This document shows, piece after piece, positions 1-14,414 of a stretch of 64,000 nt of DNA. The stretch spans positions 1,054,001 through 1,118,000 of the forward strand of contig OZ176054.1 in NCBI GenBank assembly GCA_964247055.1. The letters run 5' to 3'. The stretch comes from Paragordius varius. Taxonomy: Eukaryota > Animalia > Nematomorpha. How positions within the stretch are numbered: position 1 is the first letter of the stretch; the number at the start of each line of letters is the position of its first letter. The notes under the pieces were generated by a model. The model was not told the origin of the DNA and searched no databases. It saw only the letters and a list, made by a program, of their open reading frames with translations. The position numbers and the translations under genes are program-made.

Positions 1-494
1 ATGTACTTCTGCCATTCAACATCAATATTTGTGTGAAGTTACTTTCTCAGCTTAAACACACATTAAATCCCAATTGTGTTCAGCGATAAAAAATATTAAA
101 GCGGTCCTACGCCCAGCAGTTTTAATTACATCAAGATTTTTGTTATGCAATAAAAACAGGCAAATCCATCTCATTAAATTTGTAAAGTAAACTTTAATTT
201 AATAATTACCACGCAACTACTTGGATATATTCGAGAAAATTTAGATGGACAGAATCCACTTTTGTTTTTGAAACTATAATAAAAACTCTTTATAACATTT
301 TGAGCAAATTTCAATCTTATTTTTTGTTTCAAAACGAATTCTAAATTTAATATTTTAATAAGTATATGTATATTATTACCTAATAAATATATCATCAAAA
401 AATATTTATTTATTTTCTTTTATATTTGTTGGAATCGTTAAGAAACTCTCAATCATAAATGGGGTCGGGAATTACAAAAGTTTAAGAAGCCCTG

Positions 495-3400
495 CTATAT
501 AGCAAAAATTGTCCATCTAATACGGTTAACTTTTTTCGATTGTGGCTTGTAATTAAAAAAACATTTTACATCTAAGCAAGCGCCCCTTATCTTTTTAAAA
601 ATTATTAGTGATAGAAATAGCGCTAAAATGAATTGCTTACTGAGCCTGACGTTGGCCATAATGGGGTCTGTTGGTTCGACTAATGATGACATTGTTTGGG
701 GGAGGTGTAGTAACAACTGTACTTGAATTGGTATGATTAGAGTTTAAATCTATAAAAAGGTTGATAAGAAATATTTTAAAGTTGCAAATTAGATTTCTTA
801 CTCGGTTGAGGCATTGTGTGTTCCCCCCCATCTTCACTTTCAACAGAATTATTTTCTTGACTTAAATCGTCTTCCATTCCGTTCTCTTCGACTGAGGAAA
901 CTTCGCCAATATTTTCTTCATGTTCGCTAATGTGAACAATGTTAGGGTTATCAACACAACTATTCAAAAAAGAAAAATTAATATTCATTAATATAGAATA
1001 CGGATTATGTACTAATGAGAGACATACCTGGGAAAAGGGGTGCGAGATTGTGTCTGACATTGATCTAAACATAAATGTTTATTCCTTATTTTTATCAATA
1101 ATAATGTACATTCAAACCTCTTTTTGTGCGGACTTTTTTCTAAATTAACTCTTTTTTATTCCTGAGGTATAATTTGAATATTTTCATTTTTTGTGACACG
1201 TATTTTTTGGTTATTTTTCCTACTTTTTTTATGATATATTCGTCTGCTATTATAATATAACCATTGTATTAACTAATATTTGTTTTTACAGTGTGACTTT
1301 ATTTTTGAAAATACTAATGAGTTACAATCAAGTATATTTAGTTATGTTTTTCAGTATAAATAAATAATTCCAAAATGAAAAATTATTTAAAAAATGTTGA
1401 GAGGATTTTCAATATCCCTAAAATTTAAACGCTTATATGGTAATTAGAGTTATACAGAAATTAAAAAAGCACGATACTCAAATAATAATAACTAATACAA
1501 CTTGAAATAATCTAAGCTAAAACTGTTACATGCAATCTGGCGGCAAAGAGGGTGAGAGGTGCTTTTCTTGTCTTATTTTCATATATATGAAATGTTTTGT
1601 GTGCGGATTTTATTCGCATAAAAAGTTTTTTTCATTTTTTGCTCGCGAGTTAACATAATATATCTAGAAAATGACTTTTACGATCCCTTGTACGCACAAA
1701 AAAAGATTTTACTCTAAATCAAAATGCCCATACTATGCAAAAGAGGAAATTGTTTAGAATGTGTTATTGTTGTTGTATCCATGAGGGTCTTGTAATATTC
1801 AGCGAGATCGCGATGATTTTCCCAGATTTGATTCAAATTGGAACGAACGATTTTTTCGGCCTCTCTTTCGTTAATCAAATGCGTGGCTGACTTCAGAGCA
1901 TTCGGTTTCAATAAAAGCGGTTCACTCAAAATATCCAAGGGTGGTACATTATAAAATATCCAATTGTTTAGCGCCTTACAAATATAATAAATATACCTAT
2001 ATATCAATCAGCTTCGAAACTCATTAATAATTTTAAGGTATGAGTATTAATTCATGAATGGACTATTTGATATTAATTAACGTTTTAAAAAACAATAAAG
2101 TTGCTTTAAAGCGGTTTTTTAAATTTAACATTATAGTTTTATCTATTGAATAGTAAAGTCATGTGGAATATGGAAAATAAAAATTAAATATTTTTTATCT
2201 ATCCGCAATTTTTGCCAAATTTCCAGCATAAAATATATTAAATAAATTTACGGTTTCTTGATTAAAATATGAAGTTACCCAATAGTTTATATTAAACAAT
2301 CCTAATATATGTAGGCTATACGGAAAAAACACTTTGAAGTCCCTTCTTTTTAAACTTTACTGTAAGTGGACTAAATTTTGTGTCGCCTAAAAATTAAGTA
2401 TTATAAATATTTTACCTCGATCAATCCAATCTTTGTCTGCGGACTGCTGCAGGTTAATTCATCCACAGGACAAAACTCTAATGCATGGGAAACGGCATTG
2501 TGAAAGTAGGGCCAATATATATCTGAATGAATTTATATAAATAAATAGGTTATAGCGACATCAGTTCATTGCAGCTGTTGATTTATTAAACTAAACTGGT
2601 CATATTTTGTAAAGGATGACACCGTAAAAACGCAAAATTTAACTTAGAATATCCTTATGACTAATATTAATTTGAATGGGCATGGAATTTATAAAAACTA
2701 TACTTGATCATACTATTTTCGCAAGTATTACACTGTAATGGTTTTAACATATAAAAGGCAAAATATAAATGCGCAAAATTAGTATACGGACAAAATGTAA
2801 AAATATAAACACATATATTTTTTTCAAAAACTGCTGTACTTTTTAAACTAGTTTTTAATTAAATTACTCATTGTTTTAAATTGCAAAGTATGAATAGTTT
2901 TGATTAACCTTAACATGAAAAAAAATATATACCAAGGTATATTTCTGAAGACGAGGGCGGTCCGTTTCCCAACTGCAGAGACTCAGGGGCAAAAAGAGAG
3001 AAATAAGAATTATCCGCCATCTCTGTCAGAGAAGAATTATCATTGTGTTGTTCATTGTTATTATCATTGGAATTGGAATCGAGATTGTTGAATTGCGTGA
3101 GGAGAGAAGCTAACAGTTTGGGGCGATCGGCAATCCTAACCATCTTTTCCAAACCCTTTCTTCTACAATCATTCAAAGCAAAAAGGTAAGCCAAAGTAGT
3201 GAATATTGACAGAAACTACCATGTTTAAAAATGTATATTGATGTATATATTGATTACAAAAGCAGAAAACACCCATAAGAGCGTTCATTGAGTATACCAC
3301 CCTCGCAATAGTGCCTTTTAGCATTAAGCTTTATTTTGCAAGCTCTCTCTATATTGTGTCCATTTACCTCTTTTTCTAGCTATATCACTGACTTTCGTTT

Positions 3401-6400
3401 TTGCGATATAATGAGAAACTTTCCTTTCAATGTGGTTAAATTAATGTAGTCTATGTTTTATATTGTTTTTGCTATGGTTTTAACATAAGTGTTCCACTAT
3501 AACTATTTTAACCCTGTTCATCCAAGAATTTTCATTTCTGTAATTGCTTTCTTCGAATTTTATGCGGCCTCCGTATGTGAATTATAAATTTAATTTTGTA
3601 AAGTGTGTATATCTAGCTTTCCCTATCATATTGATATTTCTGATGCACACACTCAATTTTCTTCCAATTTACTCAAATGCTTTTCCTAGTTAACATTGAC
3701 AGAACTATATATTAAAACTTAACCTTGCCCCTAAATATTTGCACATTTTATTACCCTTCATGAGCCTACCCGCATCAATCTCCAATTCATATTGTTCAGC
3801 CTTAAAGCTGATATATTCTTTTTTTGTGCTTTTTTGACTTTCCTAACGCATTAATAATTTTATAACAAAATGTTGCAAAAGTTAAAACCAATTAAACATT
3901 ACAGACTTATTGAAGTAATATAGTATAAAACAAAACGAAGAATCATTTACATAATAAGGAATGTATGTATATCCATAATTTTCAGTATATTTTTATCACA
4001 GCAAAACTATCAACAAATATTAGACATATTAGACAACAATACATTTCCTAGATTTAAATAAAATTCAAGTTAGTAATTTAAATCACAATCTTTATATGCA
4101 TAAATTATAAACTTGTGTTGTACTCCCCTTTGAGAAGGTAAAGGCATGGTAGAATCTGAGATATTAAGCATAAGTCTGACTTGTCCGCTCAATTCAATCG
4201 GTTCCATCACAATCAGAGATCTGCAATCCAATTTTCGGGAATGAATCTTTAAAGCACCTCTAATTAAGCAATGGAAAAAATAATCTAAAAACATAGATAT
4301 CAATCGAAAATCAAAGATGTTTATGCGCACAATATAATGAAAACGTCAATTATATATTTTTTTATATAGCTATTATTAGAAAACATAGCCCCTGATTTCA
4401 CATCTATATGATTAATTATATAAAAATTTGATCAAATTTTATATTATAGCCCCTTTGTAGGTAATATAAACGCAATTAAATCCGTATACTTTGCCCATGG
4501 AAGTGATAGAATATTGGGTATAGCTCTTAGCAAACGCAATTGGAGATGTTTATTAAGGCTGTTTCGTTCAAGTCTTTCATTGTATTCCCTTCGACTCAGC
4601 CAAAGGGCTCGAGGACTCGAATGATTCATAAGTTGAGATATTATGGCAAGACTACTGCTATCGTTGCAACATTCAGAATAGAACAGAAGACTACTTTTCG
4701 TTTCATTTTTAACTTCAAAAGGCCAAGATACGCTGGAAAATAGTTGGGCTCCATCATGTAACTTCTGCAGAACACACACATACTTATAGGGCAAAAATTG
4801 AAATTATACGGACAACAAAACTCAAAAGCATAAGGACAAATTTGAAAAATTAAAAAATTACAGTGGTCTTTTAGAAAAAAATTTGTCTTTATTTACGTTT
4901 TATCTGTGTAATCAATTTTTACTATATTTTAACAAAGCATAATTATTAGAAATATTAATTGCTTGCCCCTTATAAGATTCGTTTCTAATAGCAAATCTTA
5001 AAGTAAATTAAGTTAAATTATTTATCTCGTATAATGACCGCGGGTTTATAGATATGCTGATATAATCAGACACATCTTCATTCAATATGTGTAAAAAGTC
5101 CTATTAAATTACAATCTTTTGGGTATTTTCTCGTAACGAGCCAAAAAAATGAAAAAAAATTTAACTGAATATTAATTATAAAAATCAATTTTATTTTTTA
5201 CAAAAAAAAGATGATGCGAATATCCCATGTATTTCATACACTTTTTATATTGTAATTGATTCAATAATTAATAACTCAAAGGAGATTAATACTAGTTGGA
5301 TATTTTTGTAAAAAAATATTTATAAAATATTAAACTGAATTAATTTAAATCAAAAAGGTATAAAAACTTTTTTCCAATCTTCGGCAAAGGATTTGGTAGG
5401 AGAATAGGGGATATTCTGTAACCCTATTACATCGATGTGGTATCTCTCATATTCTATCGTCATATTACCAAAGGAATGAGTATGCATTAACAAAAAAAAA
5501 ATTGAAAATATACGGACAAAACGTAAAAAAATAAAGACAAAAATTTTTTAACTCATACCGTTATACTCTAATATTTGACATATGTTATATATAAGTTATT
5601 TTTTTAAGTTGCAAAGTATATTATGAGAATTAGAAACACACAATTAATTATATATTTTACAATTAATTATAAATATCAAAGTTTAAAAATGTAGTTGTCT
5701 TTTATGAAATAAATTGTTTTTATATTTATAAATTTCTGTATATTTTTTACTGTAAAATAAAATTAATCCAAACCCTTTTCTTTTTCCTGGCAACATTTTG
5801 CTACAATTTCATTATCTAGGGGAGATAACGGAATGGATTGTTTAATTTTCTAAATCAATCACATAGGATATGTTAAAATAATATAATCACTGTTGAATTC
5901 AAATATAGTGCACATCATAAAAAGTAAATGTTTAATACTTATTTGCAAGTCCTTAACTTCAGGATTTAACCTATAGTAGGGGTTGTAAATTTCAATTAAA
6001 ATAAATCATATTTATAAATCACAAGGAACACATAATGCGGTATTATTCAAAAAAATATTTTTATTTTTCTTTGAAAACATTGCTAAAAATTAAAATTTTT
6101 GGCTTAAACAATATGTGTAATAAAAGTTATTACATAGTTAATGGTGTCTCTGATGATGTTCAACAAACTAACAATGTACATATTGCCCGAAATACAGTTA
6201 GCCGAGTTATTAAATGTGTTCGTGAAATTTTTCGGTTCCCAACATATTTCAGAACATTCAGATTGGATGTTGTTTTGAATTTCTTTTGGACAATATAACC
6301 GTTTCCACACAACACTCTTCATAATATGATCAAGGATATAACCATATTCCTCTGTTTTAAGAAAAAATTGGAATTAGCGAAACGCTATTGTTTAATTGAA

Positions 6401-9400
6401 CTTTTAGATAAGTACCATTTACAATTCTTCAAATTAACTCTAAACTAATTTAAGTGCTTTTTAAAATTAAAAATTATTTATTTTACATTTTAAAATAATA
6501 TTTTTAAATAATAATATTTTCTTTAAAATAAATATGAATATAAAGATATATTCCATATAAGTCATGAGTTATATCCAGACAAAACATAATTTATTTTTAG
6601 GGTGAATTTGAATTGTTTAAGAGTGAATTTGAATTGTTCAGGAGTGAAATTAAATTGTTCAAGGGTGTTGAATTGTTTAAGGGTGATTTAAATTCCAAAT
6701 GGTATATAAAACAATGAGTTTTTTATGAAAAGAACCAACAAATAAAAAAGCCTTAAAAATAGTTATTTTCAAAACATAAAAAATTTTTAATGTAAATCAT
6801 TTTATACGAACCACATTTAAAATAAAATTAATACTAAGAGAGTCTCGGAGTTGAAAATCAGAATCTTGATTAGACAATAGGATATTCACAATATTTTGCG
6901 TTGAGATCATAATTTGTAATTGAATTGGTTGTATGATGGGATCGCATGTATCAAGGCGCAAAGATAGGATCTATTTTAAAACAAAATTTTAACAAACTTA
7001 TCATAAATATATGGTTTGAAATGTATGGTTGATAAAACTCCACTCTTTTAGCTGTATCTTTAAAATATAATTAACTAATTTTTTACATTTAATTTTTTAC
7101 ATCATGACTTTATTTAAGAAAAATTAGTTATTACTTGATAGTAGGCGTCAAATACTTCTCCAAAAAAAGAATTGCATTTGAGTTTCTTTGCTTCTTCGCA
7201 ACTTGCATCAAAAATGTTGGGCGAATTCGAAAAGCTAAATTTCTCACAAATCCCCAAAACTTCATGAATAATTCCATAAAAATCTTCCAAGTAATTTACC
7301 AAATTCTATATTATAAAATAATTTTACCTTTTCTAAAATATTTTTAAATAAAAAAAACATAAGCCTTTCGTAAATATTTAAAAAAAATTGCATAACCTTT
7401 GGGTCATTTGATATATTTTCAAATTCATATTTAAGCCATTTGAATTTTATTTGAGATATGACATGGTTAATTTCTTTGATAATTTCAATTTCATTTTGAA
7501 GTTTCTTTGTTTGGTATAACTGATGGCACACCTCGAACCAAGTATTAACTATAACGCGAACCAATAAAACAAATTTTATAAAGAAAAATTGAAATTATAC
7601 GGACAAAACTTAAAAATGTAAAGACAAATATATTTTCCAAAAGACAATGATAATTTTTAAATATTTCTTTTTTTAAATATTACTCATTGTTTGAAATAGT
7701 AAAATGTGTTATAGAGATGTAAATTAACATTATCAATTTATATATTAACCTTTAAGGGTTTTTTCTCCCAACGAGGAGGTAACCCTTTGAGTTCTACGCC
7801 ATAAGCATGGTACTGAGCATCTTCACAATAATAATTTAATAGCAAAATTGAGAGAATTACGCATTATTATACAATTTATTTGAAATTTAGCTAAAATGCG
7901 TATATAATAAAAATATTTTAATTTTCAACTTATATTGAAAAGTCTTTATCGAAAAAAATAATATGAATAGCTACCACATACCTTTCATTAATAACGTTGC
8001 CACCAAAATCGGTAATATTCTCAATAAAATTACGCACATGTTTAAACCTATGACAAAATTTATCAATCTAATCAAATATAAAGATCCCATACCCCAGAAC
8101 AAGCTACCTGATATACCATTTATAGTTCAAATTCATCCTTAAACAATTCAAGTTCACCCTTGAACAATTCAAATTCACCTTCGAACAATTTAAATTCACC
8201 CTAAAATAAATTATGTGTTTTTTAAGATTAAAAATTACCTATATTTTTTTATATTTTTAAAAAAAGAAACTTTGTATATAATCAAAATAATACTGAAAAA
8301 ATAATAAACTTTGCCATAAAAATATATTTAAGAATAATGATGAGTTGTATTAGACCGAAATTTCATAATTTATTTTTAAGGTGAATTTGAATTGTTCAAG
8401 GGTGAATTTGCATTGTTTGAAGGTGAATTTGAATTGTATATGGTATATTTACAAAGCCACATGTTCATGTGAAAACGCCTGTATAGGTGAAAGTTATAAA
8501 AGTATACTCAATACATCCAACTTATTAAACCGACTTTGGGTTTATTTAAACACGTTTGACACTTTATTGCTGACACCAAGGTCATGACAATTATAGAAAA
8601 CCCTAACAAGCGTCTCTCATACGCGAATCAACAGAAATTATGTAACAAAAAGTAACATTTATTAACAGGGACGATGGTCTAGTTCTGTGCCCTATTTAGA
8701 ATTTATACAAATACAATAGCAATATAACTTATATCAATCCATTGTTATTATCACACAATCCATTACACTTTTTATAATTTATTATTGTATTCCAGGATAC
8801 AATTTTGATGTTACTGGTTTTTTTCATCAATTACATATATCAAACTATATAAGCCACTCTATTCCGTTATAATTCATTTCATTTTTTACGAAAAAGACTT
8901 TTTAATAAAAGTCGAAAATTAAAATATATATATTTGTATGATATACGCATTTTAGCTTAATTTTAAATAAATTTAATAATTAAATAGCTTATATAGGAAG
9001 CATTAAGGTTTGAAAAGTTAAATTGTTTTTTGGAAAAAAAATATTTGTCTTTATATTTTTACGTTTCGTCCGTATAATTTTAATTTTTACTGTATTTAAA
9101 AAAATTCAAAATCTCTCGTTATTTTAAACATGGATATTGAATCAAATTTTAAATTTATAATAGGGATGGATGTTTTTAGTATACCTTTTTCTAAATGTAA
9201 TATGTTATTGAAACTTATAATGATAATAATAAACCGTGCCAAGAGTCAATCCTAGGAATTTTGAATGCGATAATTCCATTCTGATTCTCTTGTGGTAGAT
9301 TGATGAGTGATGGAAAAAGATGAAGATTAAATTTGTCCAAATTTGTGAAGCGAACGCCAATATAAAACCCAGTTCGGCTTAGTGTCATTCCTACATCAAC

Positions 9401-12263
9401 ATTTTCTGAGTGTGTTGTTTCATGCATACTTGTAGTGGAATTCGAATCATGAATCTATAAAAAAACAGTAAATATTAAAATATAAAGACAAATAACTTAA
9501 TAAATAAGACTACCACAATACTTTTTTTGGAATTGCATTTCATATCTTTAAAATTCTAGTTTTCTACATTACCTATATGCGTTTATTACCAATCTACGTC
9601 TCCATTCTTTTTTATTTGGCAACTCAAAATAATTTGACCCCTTTTCCAAAATCAGTAAATGCGAGTCTAAAAATATGGTTAATATTGCATAACATAGTAA
9701 AGTAATAACTACCCGTAAATGATCCTCCCTCCTTGATACTAAACAAGCACTATTGTTCAAAAAGTGGCGAATCTTTGAAATTTCATTACGATCATTAATA
9801 TTTTGTTTTTTCCATTTCTGTTCGCCATAATTTTCGTTGTTCTTGAAATCGAAATCTATGGTAAATATGATTAATTTTTTCTAAACAGTCTTAAAACAGA
9901 CATTTAAGATATAATAACCTTAAATTATCCGCTAAAAATCATATAATTAAAATAAAGAATACATAATTCATTGTGTTACCAATATTCTCTATTTCATATT
10001 TTAGAGTAAACAAAAATTTAATTGCAAAATATTACGATATAAAAAGTATAGTCTTTAAGAAAAAAATATTTGTCTTTATTTTACGCTTGTACAAGTTAAT
10101 GTAATTAAAAGATTAAGCCTATTAAAACAAACCTTAAAAAACTTAACATCTACGCGGACAATTTATTAAATATAAGAATACAACCTTCGGGTTTTATGAC
10201 ATTGTTTTGATTTGAGATGGGCGATAGTTGATAAATCTAATATATATTGCAATGTTAAATACATTATTATATTTTATATTTTAATAAATTATCGGAAAAC
10301 TTTTACTTTATCAGATCCCAAATATACATCTAAACAAAGACTGCGCTCAGAGTTACAATCAAGCAATTTAGTATTTAGGATTGCTAGTAGGCCTATACCT
10401 AATGCTTTAACTTCATATGATAGAAATCCATTTTTAAATCTATACAGGAAATTAATAATAATTAAAACTTACTGGATATCAAGATACTCTGCTGTTGTAT
10501 TATCGGATGAGTTTATTTCCGTATTTATTTCAGCACATAATAGAGATCTCAATTTTTTGTCCAGCGCAATTTTACACAAACTATGGGGGGGAGTTAATGT
10601 TTCAATATCATTACATTGCATTGTTCGTTGGAATAAAAAGTAATATTGGTTTTGGAGATCAGGGCCATTCATTTCAAACTAAAAACAAAATGAACAATCA
10701 TTAATAATTAGTAAAGTCGTTTTTTTAAGAATCAAACCTTTGTCATTTGATTTTGGTTAATGTTAATCGTTTCATAATCCAAAAGGGTATCGCTGTGATC
10801 TTTTTCTTGTTGCCAAATTAATTCGAGATAATGCGTTGGACATGTTAATTCTTCAATTAATGCATTTCTCTCACAAATTTTAGGTGAAGTTGTGGTGGTT
10901 TTGTTTTCAGACTCCAAATATTTGAACTAACGGTATAAAAAGAAAATTTATAAACGCAAAAAAATAAACGACCAATATAAGCCTAAAGGTAAACACTAAT
11001 TTTTGATTCTTAATTTAACTGAACATATTTATTGATTAGAATTGCGACACAGTGTATTACCAATGACATCGCTAATCCTTGTTTCGTACTCAAAACGCCA
11101 AGTTTAATTAAATATAGTTTTTTTATAATTTTTACTGTAAAACAAGTGTTATTGTCAATCGGTTTCTTGCGCGTATTCTGTCGACCGAAATATACGCCCT
11201 CTAAGAAAGCTCGCTCAGATGATGAAGCCAAATCTAGCGGACTGGGAATTACTGGACTCATGGTTATAGAAGAAGTTTCCAGTGAATTTATGTGTTGATG
11301 TAAAGAATTAAACATTGAAGGCGTTTTTCCACACAAAGGCAATCGTAAGTAAGGGTTAAATTGCTGAGAAATGCCACTATTTTGTTGTGTTAAAGAATCG
11401 ACCGAATAGTTGTGAGTGTTATCATTTGAGTTCTAAAATATATATATTATATTTTGATTTTTTAACATATTAAATATTAAAAATAAAGGTATTTTATAAT
11501 TACATTTCGAGTTTTGCGTTTTAAAACTTGGTGGGAAGGATTGGATAAAGTCGTTTCTTTTCGTTTGGACAGAAAAGGCCTGGGACTTGGTGTTTGTTTA
11601 AACGATTCGAAAAATCTGAAATTGGAAATAAAATTATATATATTCATTGATATTAATTTATTTATATAATAAAATTTCGTAGCTTAAAAACAACCTTTTT
11701 TTTATAACGATCTTTCACTATTTAAATATTTGATTAAAAAATGTATGTTACTGATTTGAATGTAAATTTTTATGCATTGTTCTAATGCAAGTTGATTCCA
11801 AAGGGGGCACTCTATGACCTTTTTTGATAACATTGTGTCCATCGTTTTTTTCCGGAATTTTTTGCAAAAAATATATTAAATTATAGGGGTTTGTTGGATA
11901 TTGATAATGATTAATCAATTCTTTAAAATTTTTTAGAGCATATATCTGATATCGGTGTGAGATCGAATCATAGGCCAGTATAATTGGGATGGATTTCGTA
12001 AAAATATTATAGTTAGTAGGCAATTTTAAAATGGCTAATATATTCAGATTAATTTTAATAGGCTTAAAGAAACAATCCAAACCGATTGATAAACGATAAT
12101 TACAACCAAGTTCGGAAGATTTCAACAAAATCTGCTTTGGAATTGACATGTTATGTTCAAGATAGTAATAGAAGCTAATTATTAATGATTTGTACTTGTC
12201 ATCGCCTAGGAAAATAATTTCCTCTCCAAAACAAAACTTTTTACTTGGATACCTCAAGCTCAT
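495..12263 (-). CDS. ANAPC1: Multi-exon gene, divergent anaphase-promoting complex subunit 1 (APC1)-like; 3' end unresolved and probably continues past the left window edge
   Basis: ATG at 12263, with about 20 GT-AG exons traceable down to ~650. Motifs match recalled human ANAPC1 in the same order: IILAYDSISHRYQIYALK ~ IVMTYDAVQNVHSVWTLR; YLELIWQQE ~ CIDHLWTE; WFEVCHQLYQTKKL ~ FFVLHLVYEELKL; LGICEK ~ PGICER; QLMNHSSP ~ LLQSAHP; RLLRAIPNILSLPWAK|GALKIHS (spliced ~4490/4260) ~ RLLQLCQRTMALPVGRGMFTLFS; IELSGQ ~ LNLTGR; WPYFHNAVSHAL (2415-2520) ~ WASFHNGVAAGL; NWIFYNVP ~ AWIVYNKP. Identity is low and no search was run. Confidence 0.6.
2775..2890. mobile_element. Partial copy (one arm) of the Tc1/mariner-type MITE family with ATTATACGGACAAAACGTAAAAATATAAAGACAAA arms
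   Basis: TATACGGACAAAATGTAAAAATATAAACACA plus ACTCATTGTTT match the fuller copy at 47461-47738. Confidence 0.55.
4793..4910. mobile_element. Degenerate two-armed copy of the same Tc1/mariner-type MITE
   Basis: AAAAATTGAAATTATACGGAC left arm and ATTTGTCTTTATTTACGTTT right arm. Confidence 0.5.
5496..5752. mobile_element. Copy of the same Tc1/mariner-type MITE
   Basis: Left arm AAAATTGAAAATATACGGACAAAACGTAAAAAAATAAAGACAAA; right end TTTTTACTG|TA. Confidence 0.55.
6415..6702. mobile_element. Foldback-type MITE, family A (TA|CCATTT...AAATGG|TA ends, 21-bp subterminal repeats)
   Basis: Right arm has 4-5 units of GGTGAATTTGAATTGTTTAAG (21 bp) ending in AAATGG|TATA. Left end is TA|CCATTTACAATTC, and the left arm is decayed. 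Confidence 0.6.
7584..7740. mobile_element. Partial copy of the Tc1/mariner-type MITE
   Basis: AAAAATTGAAATTATACGGACAAAACTTAAAAATGTAAAGACAAATAT plus TACTCATTGTTT internal motif. Confidence 0.55.
8116..8443. mobile_element. Foldback-type MITE, family A, both arms present
   Basis: TATA|CCATTT...TATGG|TATA. Inverted arms are made of 21-bp units (CTTGAACAATTCAAATTCACC / GGTGAATTTGAATTGTTCAAG). The internal spacer is homologous to 56755-57040. Confidence 0.75.
9020..9092. mobile_element. Right arm of the Tc1/mariner-type MITE
   Basis: ATATTTGTCTTTATATTTTTACGTTTCGTCCGTATAATTTTAATTTTTACTG|TA. Confidence 0.6.
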
Positions 12264-12462
12264 TTTTAAATTCAAATTACAACTGTTAGATGAGTGTTAT
12301 TTTGTTCATCGTGTGTTATGAAATCGGACATTTGGAAAAAACTAAGCAGTTAGTTTTAAAAAATTTAAGATAAATCTGGATAGTGTCTCTAAATATATAA
12401 TATAAAAATATCTACTTAATATGAGATGCAATTAATCAGAATATATTTTAAAATATTTTTAA

Positions 12463-13041
12463 CACTGAGATACAACACACTTCATTTTAGTCCTTCGATT
12501 AAATTGGGGTAGTTGGATGCCCCAGGCCTGTTTAAAATTAAATTCTTTAAAAGGTATGGAAGCAATCGAAACCATGGCAAAATTTTGCACTTATATAACA
12601 TTAATAAACCGAGATATATAAAAAATTTTATTCAAAAATACTTGATATTACTTATTTTGAGCTAAAACTGAAAGGTAAAAATTTAGTCAACGTGACATGT
12701 GTCAAATTGTAAAATTAAAAAATAATACAAAATAAACCGCTTTTTCTATTTCTATCAATGTTAAATGTAATTTATATAAAAAATAAGCTTTGGTTTTACC
12801 CTTAAAATTAAATGAAGACGATATTTTGCAAAATTTTTGTAAAATAAAAATGGCGTCGAAGTAGTTTGAGATGGAACTTTTTTTTCAAAATAAATTTTTA
12901 TCAAGATATTTTGGCATATTTATATAATTATCAGGATAGAAGCAAATATTTAAATTAGGATCGTTTCCTTCAGTAGTTTTTTTAAAATTTTAATTTAAAT
13001 TTAGTCTGGGGTATTTAGATACCCCAATTTGAATCCAAGTG
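12463..13041. mobile_element. piggyBac-like MITE (TTAA target-site duplication)
   Basis: TTAA|CACT...AGTG|TTAA on both sides, with subterminal inverted ATTGGGGTA..TA/GCCCCAG motifs. An inverted second copy lies at 17844-18379. Confidence 0.7.
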
Positions 13042-13269
13042 TTAATAGTCTATGATAGTCAACATAAAATTTCAAAGGGTATTTAGGTATCCAGAAGAGG
13101 GTGTGACAGGCTTGCTTTTTCCACCATTAGGACGAGCTTACCGCCACTCACGTACCACGCATTTGCGGCGCCCGGGGCATAAAACTCTTATGCCCCCCCT
13201 TCCTGTATTTTTTTTGAAAGCTAATACTTTTTGTTTCATTAGTATTTGAGTTATATTTAATTAAATCTT

Positions 13270-13920
13270 CTAATAGTTAAATCATATATCTTTCAACAAT
13301 GGCTTTAACTGCTTTGATTCTGGCACACCATCGAGTTTCACACTCTCGCTTAACAGTTTTTTTAGTTTCTATTTTATAGGTCCCATTTAATATTTGAACA
13401 TAAATAAAAGATAAATATTTTCAATTATTCCGAAACAGGTCATAGCAATAACATCTTTTTTCGCTACCGTGACTCCTACTAAATTCAAGGAATGATTGTC
13501 ACAGTTGACAAATATTGCTCTTTTTTTTCTAGAAATTTTTGTTAAACGGGTGAAATTTGACCAGACATCACAGTTGCATTCTCATAGCAGAGATCTACAA
13601 ACTGAATATTTTCCATATTTAGATTTTCTAAAATTACCTTTGCAATTAACATTGCATCTTTGTTAAATCGAAAAGAACCCAAGGCAACAAAAACAATACG
13701 CAAATTCGTTCTTTGGAGAATATAAACAAATTTCAACTTCATTCTTTTTTATCGACCTGTCGAGAAAACCAAGATTGGGGCATTGAACGATGATTTTGTG
13801 AGAGATTGCATTCATTTTGATATTGAGATCCGCGAATAATTATTTCTGTGCGAAGTTGAATAGAGATTACGGGATTATTATTATTGAATTTCAAAAAGGC
13901 GACATCATTAAAATCTATAG
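13270..13920 (-). pseudogene. Frameshifted ZMYM1-like hAT transposase fragments
   Basis: Minus-strand fragments LRTEIIIRG..SWFSR, CLYSPKNEFAYCFCC (TTF-type Zn finger region), LCYENATVMSG (~QCYDGAAVMSG) and VKRECETRWCARIKAVKAI (hAT TRW motif), with stops and frameshifts. Confidence 0.75.
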
Positions 13921-14414
13921 ATATAGCGCTTGAAATTACAATGGTAAATTTGTAGTTTTCTCATCTTTATTTATTGAACCATAACTAAGGTTTCAGGTGT
14001 ATTTAAGTTATTATTATTAAGGGCTACCGTTATGTTTGTGTTGCATACACTTTTTTGGTTATGGTCAGATATTTTCGGCAAAATTGATTTAATATTCATT
14101 CGCATTTTATTTGTTTTATCTTCCTGGATTTTTCGTTTTCTATTTGCTTAACCGCTGAGTTTAGGCATTGATATCTAAAAATAAAACTAATTATGAAAAA
14201 TACAAGGCTATATTAAAATACCTACCTTGTTAGAGATGGAATGATCTTATGGATTTAAATAAATAAATTTGGATTTTGAAATTGAATATTATTAACATAA
14301 AATTGCAATTAGTTTTGAACAGAGAGAAAAGTTAACTAAAAGTTAATAATATATATGTGATTAAAAAAATTTAAAAAAAAATAAGTTTGCACATGTTGAA
14401 AGGAATATCTAGAC

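Noticed and set aside
628-645. 18-nt GTAAGC..TTTTAG candidate micro-intron
   Set aside because: Splicing it leads to a stop within 9 codons, and there is no homology support.
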